Part shown: piece after piece, positions 9,364 through 18,086 of the stretch
How the letters are laid out: every line of letters begins with the position of its first letter
Numbering within the stretch: position 1 is the stretch's first letter
Source of the DNA: Candidatus Moraniibacteriota bacterium
GTDB taxonomy: Bacteria > Patescibacteriota > Minisyncoccia > Moranbacterales > GCA-2747515
Assembly (NCBI GenBank): GCA_018401135.1
Contig: JAGYLL010000002.1
Location: 1 to 45,421, forward strand
Direction: 5' to 3'
DNA: 45,421 nt
Translations under genes and position numbers: made by a program
The notes under the pieces: generated by a model
The model's database searches: none
Told to the model about the DNA's origin: nothing
Seen by the model: only the letters and a program-made list of their open reading frames with translations

Positions 9364-9381
9364 TAAAAGAGATGATACAAT
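9352..9381 (+). promoter_or_regulatory. Promoter for tRNA-Pro, TTGTAT-N18-TGaTACAAT
   Basis: -35 at 9352-9357 overlaps the 3' arm of the terminator. The extended -10 is at 9373-9381, and the tRNA starts at 9399. Confidence 0.45.
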
Positions 9382-9398
9382 ATAATTGAAACATATAA

Positions 9399-9469
9399 CG
9401 GAGCATAGTATAGTGGTAGTACGCGTGTTTTGGGTACACGTAGTCTCGGTTCGATTCCGAGTGCTCCGA
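9399..9469 (+). tRNA. tRNA-Pro (anticodon TGG)
   Basis: Hand-folded cloverleaf: acceptor CGGAGCA/TGCTCCG, D-stem GTAT/GTAC, anticodon stem CGTGT/ACACG with loop TT-TGG-GT, and T-arm CTCGG-TTCGATT-CCGAG. Discriminator is A and no CCA is encoded. Confidence 0.9.
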
Positions 9470-9526
9470 CACATAGACAAGCTATATATTTTCTTAGCTT
9501 TTAGAGAAATATATAAAAAAATCTTT

Positions 9527-10087
9527 ATGGTAGAGGAACAGAGTATTTCTCTTGGCGGAGAACATATTTTTTATACTTTGCGAAAAGACAAAAGGGCTAA
9601 ACATTTTCGTATCACGGTTCATCCTGATGGAAAATGTATCATTACAGTTCCTTTTTATTACAGAAAAGAAACTTTTTCAAAATTTTTGGAAGATAATTCC
9701 GAATGGCTTCAAAAAAATCTTCAAAAAGAGAAGAGAGAAAAAAGACTTCTTTCTGGTTACTATAGTAGAAAAGAATACTTGTATCTCAAAGAAAGATCGA
9801 GAGCATTTATTCTTGGCGAAATTGAAGAGTGTAATCGTCTTTATAATTTTTCTTATACAAAAGTACACATTCGCAATCAACGATCATGCTGGGGAAGCTG
9901 TTCGACTCGAAAAAATTTAAATTTTCATTATAAACTTTTTCTTCTCCCGAAGCGTTTAGCTCATTATGTTATCGTGCATGAACTGTGTCATTTACAAGAG
10001 ATGAATCATTCTTCTCGATTTTGGGAACTCGTTTCTCAGGCAATTCCTGACTACAAAGAGCTTCGAAGAGAATTAAAGCGATGGTAA
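9527..10087 (+). CDS. YgjP-like metal-dependent hydrolase (DUF45 / M48-related)
   Basis: WGSCS motif and zinc site HELCHL...H near the C-terminus. The start is set at the ATG at 9527, because the longer ORF from 9386 would run through tRNA-Pro. Confidence 0.8.
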   Translation: MVEEQSISLGGEHIFYTLRKDKRAKHFRITVHPDGKCIITVPFYYRKETFSKFLEDNSEWLQKNLQKEKREKRLLSGYYSRKEYLYLKERSRAFILGEIEECNRLYNFSYTKVHIRNQRSCWGSCSTRKNLNFHYKLFLLPKRLAHYVIVHELCHLQEMNHSSRFWELVSQAIPDYKELRRELKRW

Positions 10088-10111
10088 AAGAAAAATTTTG
10101 AAGTAAAAAAA

Positions 10112-10609
10112 TTACTTACTTTCTTGAGAAGGGGATGCGGTCTCTGGGGGAACAGTATTTCTTGTATTTTTAAGGAAATACATAAGAAGAAGTACCCATA
10201 TTATTATTTGGAAGATTTCATTTCCTATGGTAGCAGTAAGTTTTTCTATGTGCTGTTCTGTAATGGTGCTATATTTTTCTTTGGTAAGAAGAATATGATT
10301 GAGAATATCAAATATATTTTGAAAAAGAAGAAAAACAAAACCAAGTATAAGGGGTGTTTTGAAAAAAGAAATATTTTTCCAGCGGAGAATGCTCCCTAGA
10401 AAAAGAAAAAGACTTCCCATAAGGGCAACTATACCGATAAGAGGAGAGAGGAAAGTGGTGTCTGGAGAAGATATGTTAAAAAAAATACTAAGAAGGGATT
10501 GTATGCTTTGATATCCCCATTGGAAGAGCTGAAAGGCAGAAAAAAGAATGAGAAAAAAGAGGAGAAATTTTTCTCCATGAGAAACAATAATTTTAGAAGA
10601 GTTTTTCAT
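10112..10609 (-). CDS. Hypothetical integral membrane protein (about 4 TM helices)
   Basis: 165-aa ORF with four hydrophobic segments. No recognisable family. Confidence 0.55.
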   Translation of the reverse strand: MKNSSKIIVSHGEKFLLFFLILFSAFQLFQWGYQSIQSLLSIFFNISSPDTTFLSPLIGIVALMGSLFLFLGSILRWKNISFFKTPLILGFVFLLFQNIFDILNHILLTKEKYSTITEQHIEKLTATIGNEIFQIIIWVLLLMYFLKNTRNTVPPETASPSQESK

Positions 10610-10757
10610 ATAAATTGAGAATTAAAAGTAACGATATTATATTTTAGTATAACATAAAAATAAAAAAAGCTGAATAATTTTTTTGTATATGTTTTTATAA
10701 AACATTTTTGTGGTACTCTTTAAAAAGAGTTTTTTTGTATTAATAGTAAAAATAAGT

Positions 10758-12316
10758 ATGAAAAAAATAATTTTCAATAAAGAAATTTTTGGTCTCATAT
10801 TTTTCTGGTTAAAAAATTCTCTTTTCTTCTTTTTCTTCTTTCTTTTTCTCTTCTACTTTAGCCTGTTTCAGCAGAATTTTACTTCTCTTTATGAGTTCGA
10901 TGAAGAAAGTCCATTTTCTCTCCTTATGATACGCTCCTGCTTGAAAATTCTTTCTATGGGATGACTTTTGATGGTGGAAGAGAGAAGGTTTGGGGGCAGT
11001 TTTTGCTTTAGAAAAAATGGTTCAGAGTTTTTACTATTCTTCACGAATTTTTGGAGGAGTCTCAGACGGATCGAAACCGAAAAGGTTCTTTAATCTTACA
11101 CAGAGGTTTTACGGAATGACTGGGAAGGGGTACAAATAATGAGAGTGTAATTTTTAAATACAAAAAGATGGCTCAGGTTTTACCCTTCTTCATAGTTTAC
11201 TTCTGCTTCTGATGGAAAAAATCCGCAAGGATCTCTTGTTTTGGGAAGGAGATACTCTTTTTGGATTAGCTTCAGAAGGAGGATTTTATAATGGAGGAAC
11301 CATTTTTAAAATAGAAACTGATGGTGCAGATTTCGAAGTTTTGCATAGCTTTAATCCCAGTGTTGATGGGGGGGTACCGCTAGATTCTTTGATTCTAGAG
11401 AATTCTGTTCTTTATGGAACAACTTCCAATGCAGGACTTACTATGGGAACGATTTTAAAATTCAAACAGACAGTACAAATTTCAGGATTTGCATAGTTTT
11501 CACTGTGGAACTGAGGGGTGTTTTCCACAGGGATCCTTGGTTTTTGATAATGATATTCTTTATGGAATGACTTCAGTTGCTGGAGCTTATGGAGGTGGAG
11601 ATATTTTTAAAAATTCAAACGGATGGTATAAATTTCAGAGAGTTCTCCATAGTTTTGATCAAGTATTGGCGATGGAAATTATGCACTGGGATCCCTTATT
11701 ATAGAAAACTCTATTCTCTATGGTATGACCTCAGGTGATGGAATAGACAGTGAAGAAATATTTTTCAATAGAAACGACTGGTGCAAATTTTACCATCCTT
11801 CATAGTTTTCTGAAATGGAATATCCACAAAGTAGAAATCTTGTTTTTGATGGAGGTGTTCTTTATGGGTAACTCCTTTTGGTGGAAATAATAGCACAGTG
11901 GGAACTCTCTTTTTGCAATAGATAGTAATGGTTCAAATTTTTCTCTTTTGTGGGAGTTTTCCCTGTTGCTCTTTGGGAATTCTCACAGACTCTCTTTTTT
12001 ATGAACGGAATTTTCTCTATGGTATGACGTGGATGGGTGGAGGGAGTGGCTCAAATGCTTTTTCAGGAGGTATTTTCGAATGAATAGGAACAGTACAAAT
12101 TTTACGCTTCTGCATAGTTTTTCTGGAGGTATCTGATGGAGAATTTTCCATTGGGCTCTCTTGCAGACAATTGATACGCTTTTACGGAATGACTTCAGAG
12201 GAGGTACAAATAATGAAGGTGTAATTTTTTAAAATACAAAAAGATGGCTCAGGTTTTACCCTTCTTCATAGTTTTACTACTTAGCTGATGGAAAAATCCA
12301 TAAGGAGTCTCTTGTT
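10758..12316 (+). pseudogene. Frameshift-riddled 5' portion of the Gloeo_Verruco-repeat surface protein gene (signal/anchor sequence plus about 6-7 degraded repeats)
   Basis: The ATG at 10758 encodes a hydrophobic N-terminus. Downstream, all three + frames carry pieces of the same about 55-aa repeat (..P.GSL.L....LYGMT..GG....G.IFK...DG..F..LHSF). These are broken by many frameshifts and stops, several at A/T homopolymers (for example ATTTTAAAA here versus ATTTTTAAAA in intact repeats). ORFs 11212..11496 and 11489..11704 are fragments of this region. Confidence 0.6.
11107..11369 (+). repeat. Direct repeat copy A (about 263 bp) of the repeat-protein gene
   Basis: Aligns by eye with 12180..12444 at an offset of about 1073 bp. 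The last 150 bp or so differ by only 2 substitutions; the first 100 bp carry several substitutions and 1-nt indels. Confidence 0.8.
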
Positions 12317-12444
12317 TTGGAAGGAGATACTCTTTTTGGATTAGCTTCAGAAGGAGGATTTTATAATGGAGGAACCATTTTTAAAATAGAAACTGATGGT
12401 GCAGATTTCGAAGTTCTACATAGCTTTAATCCCAGTGTTGATGG
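12180..12444 (+). repeat. Direct repeat copy B, spanning the start of the intact 915-aa ORF
   Basis: See copy A. Sequence similarity drops to ordinary repeat-family level after GTTGATGG. Confidence 0.8.
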
Positions 12445-15064
12445 AGAAAGGCCACAAGGATCTCTCATTTTAAATGAAGGTTCTTTATATGGAGGTGCCG
12501 AGGGAGGGGTTATGTATGGAACGGGAATTCTTTTTAAGATTAATACAGACGGCTCTAACTTTTCTTTGCTTCATGAGTTAAGTCCTTCTGAAGAAGGTGT
12601 TTTTCTCGCTGATTCTCTTCTTCTTCACAATGGAGTCTTTTATGGTATGACTATATATGCAGGAGCTAATAGTGGAGGAACAATTTTTAAAATGCAAATG
12701 GATGGTACAGGAATTGAAGTTCTCCATGATTTTGATCCGAGTGTAACAGGGAGAAATCCTCGAGGATCTCTTGTTGCATATAATGAAACTCTTTACGGAA
12801 CGACTTCTTATGGAGGAACTTTTGATGCAGGAACCATTTTTAAAATAGAAACGGACGGTACAGGAATTGAAGTTTTACATCATTTGAATATTTCTTCCGA
12901 AGGAGGTGTTCCTTTTGGATCTCTTTTTCTTGACGGTATAACTCTTTATGGAATAACTTCTGATGGAGGTGGGGGAAATAATGGATCTGTTTTTTCTTTT
13001 CTCCTTCCTGATACGGAAGCACCTGTTTTTAATCCTTTTCCAACAACAGATTCTATGGGGGTAATAGGTGCTGTTGTAGATCATTCAAATATTTCTTTTG
13101 TGGAATATCAAGAAGGAACAACGGAAGGTTCGTGGAGTTCTTGCGTAGCTACTGATGAAAGTTTTGATGAAAAAGAAGAGGACTTTAGATGTTTACTTAT
13201 AGGCTTCCCTGAAGGAACTTACACTATATATCTTAGAGCCTCTGATGTTGTGGGTAATATTACGCCAGAAGGAGAAGAAATAAGTGTCCTTTTTACTGTT
13301 CCTGGAGAAGAGGATGATGTTGTGGATGATGAGGTGGTAGAAGAAGAGGAGAATAAAGAAGATGAAGAAGGTACTCAAATAGAACCTTTTATTTTAGAAG
13401 AAAAAATATCAGTTAAAGCAAAAAATCTCAAAGGAGATAATAAAACATATAGACTTAAGGAATCAAGGGAGCTAAAATTTACTACGCAAAAAATGAAATT
13501 TTTCGGGGAAACGAATATGACAGGGGGGAAAGTTTCTATGATAGATACCAAAAATGATAATGAAGTTCTTTTTACAGAATCAATACGTGAGGATGGTTCT
13601 TGGAGTAGGAAATATGATTTTGATGATGACGGAAGATACAAAGTCCGTTTTCGTTACTACGATGCTTCTGGAAAAAGAATATATTCTACTAAGCTATATA
13701 GAATATCTATTGATACAAAACCACCTGTTTTTATTGATTTTCAAGATGAGCAAGAAAAACAAGGAGGAGAGAGTGTTTCTTGGTTAGCAAAAGATGAAAA
13801 TGGTATCGATAGATATACCTATGTTTTTCTCCAACAGAAACAAAAAACCAAAAAAGGAAACTTCATCCTTCCTCAAATAGAAGATGGATCATATGCACTC
13901 ACTCTCCGTGCTTACGATACTTTTGGGAATTCTTCTGAAGAAGAAATGACTATTTTAGTGAAAAATAATGACAAGATGGTGCTTCCGCCAGAAGAAGAGA
14001 TTGTAGAGATCAAAGAGGAAGAAGATGTGGTTGTAGAAGAAGAATATTTTCAAGAGGAGGATGAACAAGAAGATATTCCTTTTGTTCCAGTAACTATAGA
14101 AAAGGAAGAAAATAAATTCTACGTTTTTAATGAAGGACAAGAAATTTTTTTTGGTATTATGCTTGTGGGAATACTTACGACAATGATGCTTTCTTTTGTG
14201 CCTACAGCCTCGCCTTTATTTAGTGCAAAATCTTTGGATAATACTTTTTTTGGAGGGGCTTTTCTTGCTTCTTTACACCCATCAGCACTTCCTTTTTATC
14301 GTCGAAAAAAGCAAAAATATTGGGGAACGGTGTTTGATGATTTTACTAAAAGCCCCTTGGAAAACGTTGCTGTTTCTCTCGTGAATGAGCGAGATCGTAT
14401 TGTAGAAACGGTTCTTACGGATAAAGAGGGTCGGTATGGATTCCTTGCTCTCGAAGGAACGTTCACGTTGCGCGCACAAAAAGAAGGGTATCGTATGGAA
14501 GTACAAAAACAGCAAGATACTTTGTATGGAAATGTTTATCATGGGGAAGTGTTACAAACGCAAGAACGTCCTATGGTTGATATGAATATTACCCTAGTAA
14601 ATGAAAATGCTCATTGGGAAGACGCTGTTCGAAATACCCTCAAGAGGTATATGTCTTTGTCAGCGATTCTTAGAAGGTCTCTTTTCTACTTTCTCTCTTT
14701 TTTCGGCTTTACTGTTTCTCTTATTGCTACGTATATAGAGACAAATGCATTTAATGTTACTGTCCTTGTTCTTTATTTTTTCTTCTTTTTCTGGAATCTT
14801 CTCAAAAGGAAGTCATTTGGAACGATAAAAAGCGGAGAAGATAATTCACTTGTTCCTTTCGCTATTATCGAATTGTACAAGAAGGGAAGTGATCAAAGAG
14901 TTAAGTTTGTAGTGAGTGATATCTTGGGACGATATTATCTCTTGGTTAAAAAAGGAGCCTATACTATGAAAGTCCGAGGTTCGACTTTGGTAGGAAAGCC
15001 TTTTGATGCATCACAAGAAGTTCAATTAAAGGAAGGGCTTCTCAGAGAAGATCTTATTGTGTAA
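12317..15064 (+). CDS. Large surface/membrane protein: Gloeo_Verruco (GloVer) repeats, two Ig-like modules, acidic linkers, TM helices and two carboxypeptidase-regulatory-like domains. This is the intact 3' part of a longer gene.
   Basis: It has 4-5 tandem repeats of GGTIFK..TDG...EVLH.F....G..P.GSL.....LYG.T. Two modules begin DTEAPVF and DTKPPVF. Poly-E/D linkers are present, and hydrophobic helices occur at about aa 620-645 and 790-830. The segments VSLVNERDRIVETVLTDKEGRYGF and FAIIELYKKGS...SDILGRYY resemble CarboxypepD_reg. The TTG at 12317 is only the first in-frame start after a stop, and no signal peptide is found there. Confidence 0.75.
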   Translation: MEGDTLFGLASEGGFYNGGTIFKIETDGADFEVLHSFNPSVDGERPQGSLILNEGSLYGGAEGGVMYGTGILFKINTDGSNFSLLHELSPSEEGVFLADSLLLHNGVFYGMTIYAGANSGGTIFKMQMDGTGIEVLHDFDPSVTGRNPRGSLVAYNETLYGTTSYGGTFDAGTIFKIETDGTGIEVLHHLNISSEGGVPFGSLFLDGITLYGITSDGGGGNNGSVFSFLLPDTEAPVFNPFPTTDSMGVIGAVVDHSNISFVEYQEGTTEGSWSSCVATDESFDEKEEDFRCLLIGFPEGTYTIYLRASDVVGNITPEGEEISVLFTVPGEEDDVVDDEVVEEEENKEDEEGTQIEPFILEEKISVKAKNLKGDNKTYRLKESRELKFTTQKMKFFGETNMTGGKVSMIDTKNDNEVLFTESIREDGSWSRKYDFDDDGRYKVRFRYYDASGKRIYSTKLYRISIDTKPPVFIDFQDEQEKQGGESVSWLAKDENGIDRYTYVFLQQKQKTKKGNFILPQIEDGSYALTLRAYDTFGNSSEEEMTILVKNNDKMVLPPEEEIVEIKEEEDVVVEEEYFQEEDEQEDIPFVPVTIEKEENKFYVFNEGQEIFFGIMLVGILTTMMLSFVPTASPLFSAKSLDNTFFGGAFLASLHPSALPFYRRKKQKYWGTVFDDFTKSPLENVAVSLVNERDRIVETVLTDKEGRYGFLALEGTFTLRAQKEGYRMEVQKQQDTLYGNVYHGEVLQTQERPMVDMNITLVNENAHWEDAVRNTLKRYMSLSAILRRSLFYFLSFFGFTVSLIATYIETNAFNVTVLVLYFFFFFWNLLKRKSFGTIKSGEDNSLVPFAIIELYKKGSDQRVKFVVSDILGRYYLLVKKGAYTMKVRGSTLVGKPFDASQEVQLKEGLLREDLIV

Positions 15065-15081
15065 CTATATTTCCATAAGGC

Positions 15082-15110
15082 TCGTCATTGTATAAAAAAT
15101 ATGCTATAAT
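15082..15110 (+). promoter_or_regulatory. Promoter TCGTCA-N17-TGcTATAAT (extended -10) giving a near-leaderless mRNA
   Basis: TGc at 15102-15104 and TATAAT at 15105-15110. The ATG of the next gene is at 15125 and no SD lies between. Confidence 0.45.
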
Positions 15111-15124
15111 GAAAATACAATTGT

Positions 15125-15646
15125 ATGATACAAGCACTATTTTCATTTTTGGTATTTACGGGATTGCTTTTTGGAGCAACGTATAGTGCTTTTTGGATTA
15201 TTGATAATCAAAAAATTATATTCCCCCAAGAAAAAATTTCTATAGAAAATATACCAACTCAACAAGAAGATATCCCCGATATATCAGGCGAAGATGAAGA
15301 AAAAGATGAAAGTGCTGTATCACAAGAAAAAGATTTCCAAGAAATTTCTCAAGAGCAAAAAGCAGAAATGACTCTTCTCGTTTTAAATGGGGGTGCAAAA
15401 GCAGGGTCGGCGAGCACGCTTGCAAAAACATTACAGGAAGAAGGTTTCTCTCAAACGACATTTTCTAATGCTTCTTCGTATACCTATAAAGAAATTACCA
15501 TCTATTTCAAGGAAGATGAAAAAATAGCTACTTTTATAGGAAAAGAAATAGAAAATATGAAACAATATGGAAAGGTTATAAAACTTGCTCAAGCACAGAC
15601 TGTCGAACAAAAGCAAGCTGATATTGTGCTTATTATAGGTGAATAG
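15125..15646 (+). CDS. LytR_C domain-containing membrane-anchored protein
   Basis: N-terminal TM helix, an acidic linker and a C-terminal LytR_C-like domain (LLVLNGGAKAGSASTLAKTLQEEGF ... ADIVLIIGE). Confidence 0.75.
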   Translation: MIQALFSFLVFTGLLFGATYSAFWIIDNQKIIFPQEKISIENIPTQQEDIPDISGEDEEKDESAVSQEKDFQEISQEQKAEMTLLVLNGGAKAGSASTLAKTLQEEGFSQTTFSNASSYTYKEITIYFKEDEKIATFIGKEIENMKQYGKVIKLAQAQTVEQKQADIVLIIGE

Positions 15647-15663
15647 TTTACAAACAAAAAACT

Positions 15664-16938
15664 ATGCGTTTTCAAAAATATACTACTTTTATTTTTTTTG
15701 TAGGAATAGGTTTTTTCTTCCTCTGGTTTGCTTTGGAGGGAAAAGCTCAAACGGAAATAGATAAAGAATTAGAAGATAAACAGGAAAAGATGGAAGATCT
15801 TGAAGAAAAGCGAGATTCGTATAGTACTATTGTCGATGTAAAACAAAGACAAGCTGAGATATACGATGCTCAAAAAAAGTCACTTGCCAATCAAATAGGA
15901 ACATTGAAACAGGAAATGACAAAAAATCAAGAAGAAATTGCTGTAGTTGAGCGAGATCGGGATATTCTTGTACAAGAAATAGAACGAAAACAAGCTATTA
16001 TCACGGTACAAAAAGAAGTTCTTGCTACCCTTGTTCGCAAATATTATGATCAAAAGCAATCAGGAATGATTCTTGATCTCGCCAACACTTCTTCCAAAAA
16101 TTCTTTTCTTGCTTCACAAGATAGAACCTTTCAACTTCAAGAAAAAGTACAGAGTGTCCTATCAGAAATTATGAATGCTAAAGAGAGTTTGGAAAAAAAT
16201 AAAATAGAAATAGAACGAAAACAAAGTGATTTGGTAAATCTTAGAATACGTCTTGAAAAACAAGGAGAATATTTGGAAGTAGTTACTCTACAAAAAGAAG
16301 CTTTGCTAGAAAAAACACTTACCGAAAAAGGTCAATATGCATGGCGACTTGATAAGGTAGAAGAAGAGATACAAAAAATAGCTCAAGAAATTGCGAGTAT
16401 CGAAGCTTCTAAAGTAAGTCGTCTGGATCTCAATACATTACCACCAGCAAAAAAAGGTCTAATTGCCTATCCCGTAGGATCTCCTTTTATTATCACACAA
16501 TCATACGGAATGACAGGTTTTGCAAAATCCGGAGCATATGGATATAGCGACAGTGGTAAGCCAATACCTCATAACGGCGTTGACTTCGGCGCTCCTACAG
16601 GAACGCCTATATACGCTGTTTCTAATGGAAATGTCATCGCAGATGGAGATAGTGGAAAATATGCTTATGGAAGATGGATTGCTATACAGCACAGTATTGA
16701 CGGAAAAGAATTCGTTACTCTCTATGGACACTTGAATAAAAAATCTGTAAAAAAAGGTGATAGTGTAAAAGAAGGAGAGCGTATAGGAGATATGGGAAAC
16801 ACGGGATATTCTACAGGACCCCATCTTCATTTTGGTGTGTACTCAGCGAGTTCTTTTGAAATTGTGAATTCTACAAAAGTTTCAGGTGTAAAAATCCCCA
16901 CAGGTGCCCATGTTGATCCTATGAGATATCTCAAATAG
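15664..16938 (+). CDS. M23-family peptidoglycan endopeptidase with an N-terminal coiled coil (EnvC-like architecture)
   Basis: Signal/TM segment, about 230 aa of coiled coil, then the M23 motifs HNGVDFGAPTGTPIYA and GNTGYSTGPHLHFGVY. Confidence 0.9.
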   Translation: MRFQKYTTFIFFVGIGFFFLWFALEGKAQTEIDKELEDKQEKMEDLEEKRDSYSTIVDVKQRQAEIYDAQKKSLANQIGTLKQEMTKNQEEIAVVERDRDILVQEIERKQAIITVQKEVLATLVRKYYDQKQSGMILDLANTSSKNSFLASQDRTFQLQEKVQSVLSEIMNAKESLEKNKIEIERKQSDLVNLRIRLEKQGEYLEVVTLQKEALLEKTLTEKGQYAWRLDKVEEEIQKIAQEIASIEASKVSRLDLNTLPPAKKGLIAYPVGSPFIITQSYGMTGFAKSGAYGYSDSGKPIPHNGVDFGAPTGTPIYAVSNGNVIADGDSGKYAYGRWIAIQHSIDGKEFVTLYGHLNKKSVKKGDSVKEGERIGDMGNTGYSTGPHLHFGVYSASSFEIVNSTKVSGVKIPTGAHVDPMRYLK

Positions 16939-16941
16939 ATT

Positions 16942-17655
16942 ATGCTCGAAGAAATTACCTTTCAGAACAAAGAAGAAGTTGCAGAAAATACGTTTCTCTA
17001 TACATTTTCCAAACCCAAGGGATATACTTTTCAAGCGGGACAATACGCAACATTACGTTTTCACAAAAAAGCGCTCCATCAAGATGATCGAGGAAATGCT
17101 CGATGCTTTTCTTTTGCAAATGCTCCGTATGAAAAAACTTTGAGTTTTATGATGCGTCAAAGTGAGAGTGGTTTTAAGAAGAATATGTTCGATGCCAAAG
17201 AAGGTGATACGATGCAAATAACGGGCGCACAGGGAAGGGGAACATTTGAAGTTTTTAGAGAAGGAGATCAATTGGTTATGATCTGTGCAGGTGTGGGCGT
17301 CACCCCGATGCGAAGCATACTCAGACAAAGTATATATGAGAACAATACTCTTTCTCTTATCTTGATAAATTCCAATAGAAATAGGCGATCTACACCAGAA
17401 CTTGAATGGTTAGAAGCACTTCCCCAAAGCTATTCGTATATAAAAGTACTCAATACGCTAACAGACAATGATGATAGTAAGTGGCAGGGGAGTACTCAAC
17501 GTATAGATGAAGCGATGATTGGATCAATTGTTTCTGATACTCCGCAAACCTTGTATTTTGTCGCGGCAGGAGTTGGCTTTGTGCAAGCTGTTGAAAGAAT
17601 CCTTCTTTCGCAAGGAATTCCTCGAGAGAGAATTTACTTTGATAGTTTTGGTTGA
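16942..17655 (+). CDS. FNR-like FAD/NAD(P)-binding oxidoreductase
   Basis: FAD-binding R.FS motif (RCFSFANAP), GD..Q..G, and the NAD-binding GVGVTPMRS. Confidence 0.75.
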   Translation: MLEEITFQNKEEVAENTFLYTFSKPKGYTFQAGQYATLRFHKKALHQDDRGNARCFSFANAPYEKTLSFMMRQSESGFKKNMFDAKEGDTMQITGAQGRGTFEVFREGDQLVMICAGVGVTPMRSILRQSIYENNTLSLILINSNRNRRSTPELEWLEALPQSYSYIKVLNTLTDNDDSKWQGSTQRIDEAMIGSIVSDTPQTLYFVAAGVGFVQAVERILLSQGIPRERIYFDSFG

Positions 17656-17680
17656 TTTATTTTTGGTGATGTGATAGAGT
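17652..17680 (+). promoter_or_regulatory. Promoter for tRNA-Gly, TTGATT-N17-TGaTAGAGT
   Basis: -35 at 17652-17657 overlaps the stop codon of the preceding gene. The extended -10 is at 17672-17680, and the tRNA starts at 17701. Confidence 0.45.
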
Positions 17681-17700
17681 ATTTTTGTGCAAGAAAAAAA

Positions 17701-17773
17701 GCGGGTGTCGTATAATGGTTTATTATATTAGCCTTCCAAGCTAAGGACGGCGGTTCGATTCCGCTCACCCGCT
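17701..17773 (+). tRNA. tRNA-Gly (anticodon TCC)
   Basis: Hand-folded: acceptor GCGGGTG/CACCCGC, anticodon stem TTAGC/GCTAA with loop CT-TCC-AA, and T-arm GGCGG-TTCGATT-CCGCT. Discriminator is T. Confidence 0.9.
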
Positions 17774-17780
17774 CAAGACG

Positions 17781-17812
17781 AAAAAATCTTCCCTTATAAG
17801 GAAGATTTTTTT
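17781..17812. terminator. Bidirectional rho-independent terminator
   Basis: AAAAAATCTTCC / GGAAGATTTTTT stem with a 7-nt loop. An A-tract on one side and a T-tract on the other lie between tRNA-Gly (+) and the GlsB-like gene (-). Confidence 0.8.
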
Positions 17813-17820
17813 GCAACGTT

Positions 17821-18063
17821 TTAGCAACGGAGGCTTTCTACGATAGCTATGAGAATGACGGCTCCGAGAACGGCTACCATCATACTATAGAGATTGAAAC
17901 CGGTAATACCCGTTTGACCGAGGAAGCTCATCACCCAACCACCTATAACAGCTCCTATAATTCCCAAAACGATATTGAGAAGTAATCCCTCATTCGTTCC
18001 CATAATGAGTGAGGCGACCCAACCAACAATTGCTCCGAAAATGATCCATAAAAGAATTCCCAT
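17821..18063 (-). CDS. GlsB/YeaQ/YmgE-family (transglycosylase-associated) small membrane protein
   Basis: 80 aa with Gly-rich TM helices (IIFGAIVGWVASLIM, GIIGAVIGGWV) typical of the family. Confidence 0.85.
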   Translation of the reverse strand: MGILLWIIFGAIVGWVASLIMGTNEGLLLNIVLGIIGAVIGGWVMSFLGQTGITGFNLYSMMVAVLGAVILIAIVESLRC

Positions 18064-18086
18064 ATATGTATGTAGTTAAATACGAA

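Noticed and set aside
9386-9526. N-terminal extension of the 233-aa ORF (start at 9386)
   Set aside because: It would be translated straight through tRNA-Pro (9399-9469). The conserved YgjP-like sequence begins at the ATG at 9527.
11212-11704. ORFs 11212..11496 and 11489..11704 as independent genes
   Set aside because: They are in-frame islands of the same repeat family inside the frameshifted region. They lack plausible starts and SD sites and continue in other frames.
11107-12444. A diversity-generating retroelement template/variable repeat pair as an explanation for the 263-bp duplication
   Set aside because: Differences between the copies are a mix of transitions, transversions and indels and are not confined to adenines. 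No reverse transcriptase gene is in the window.
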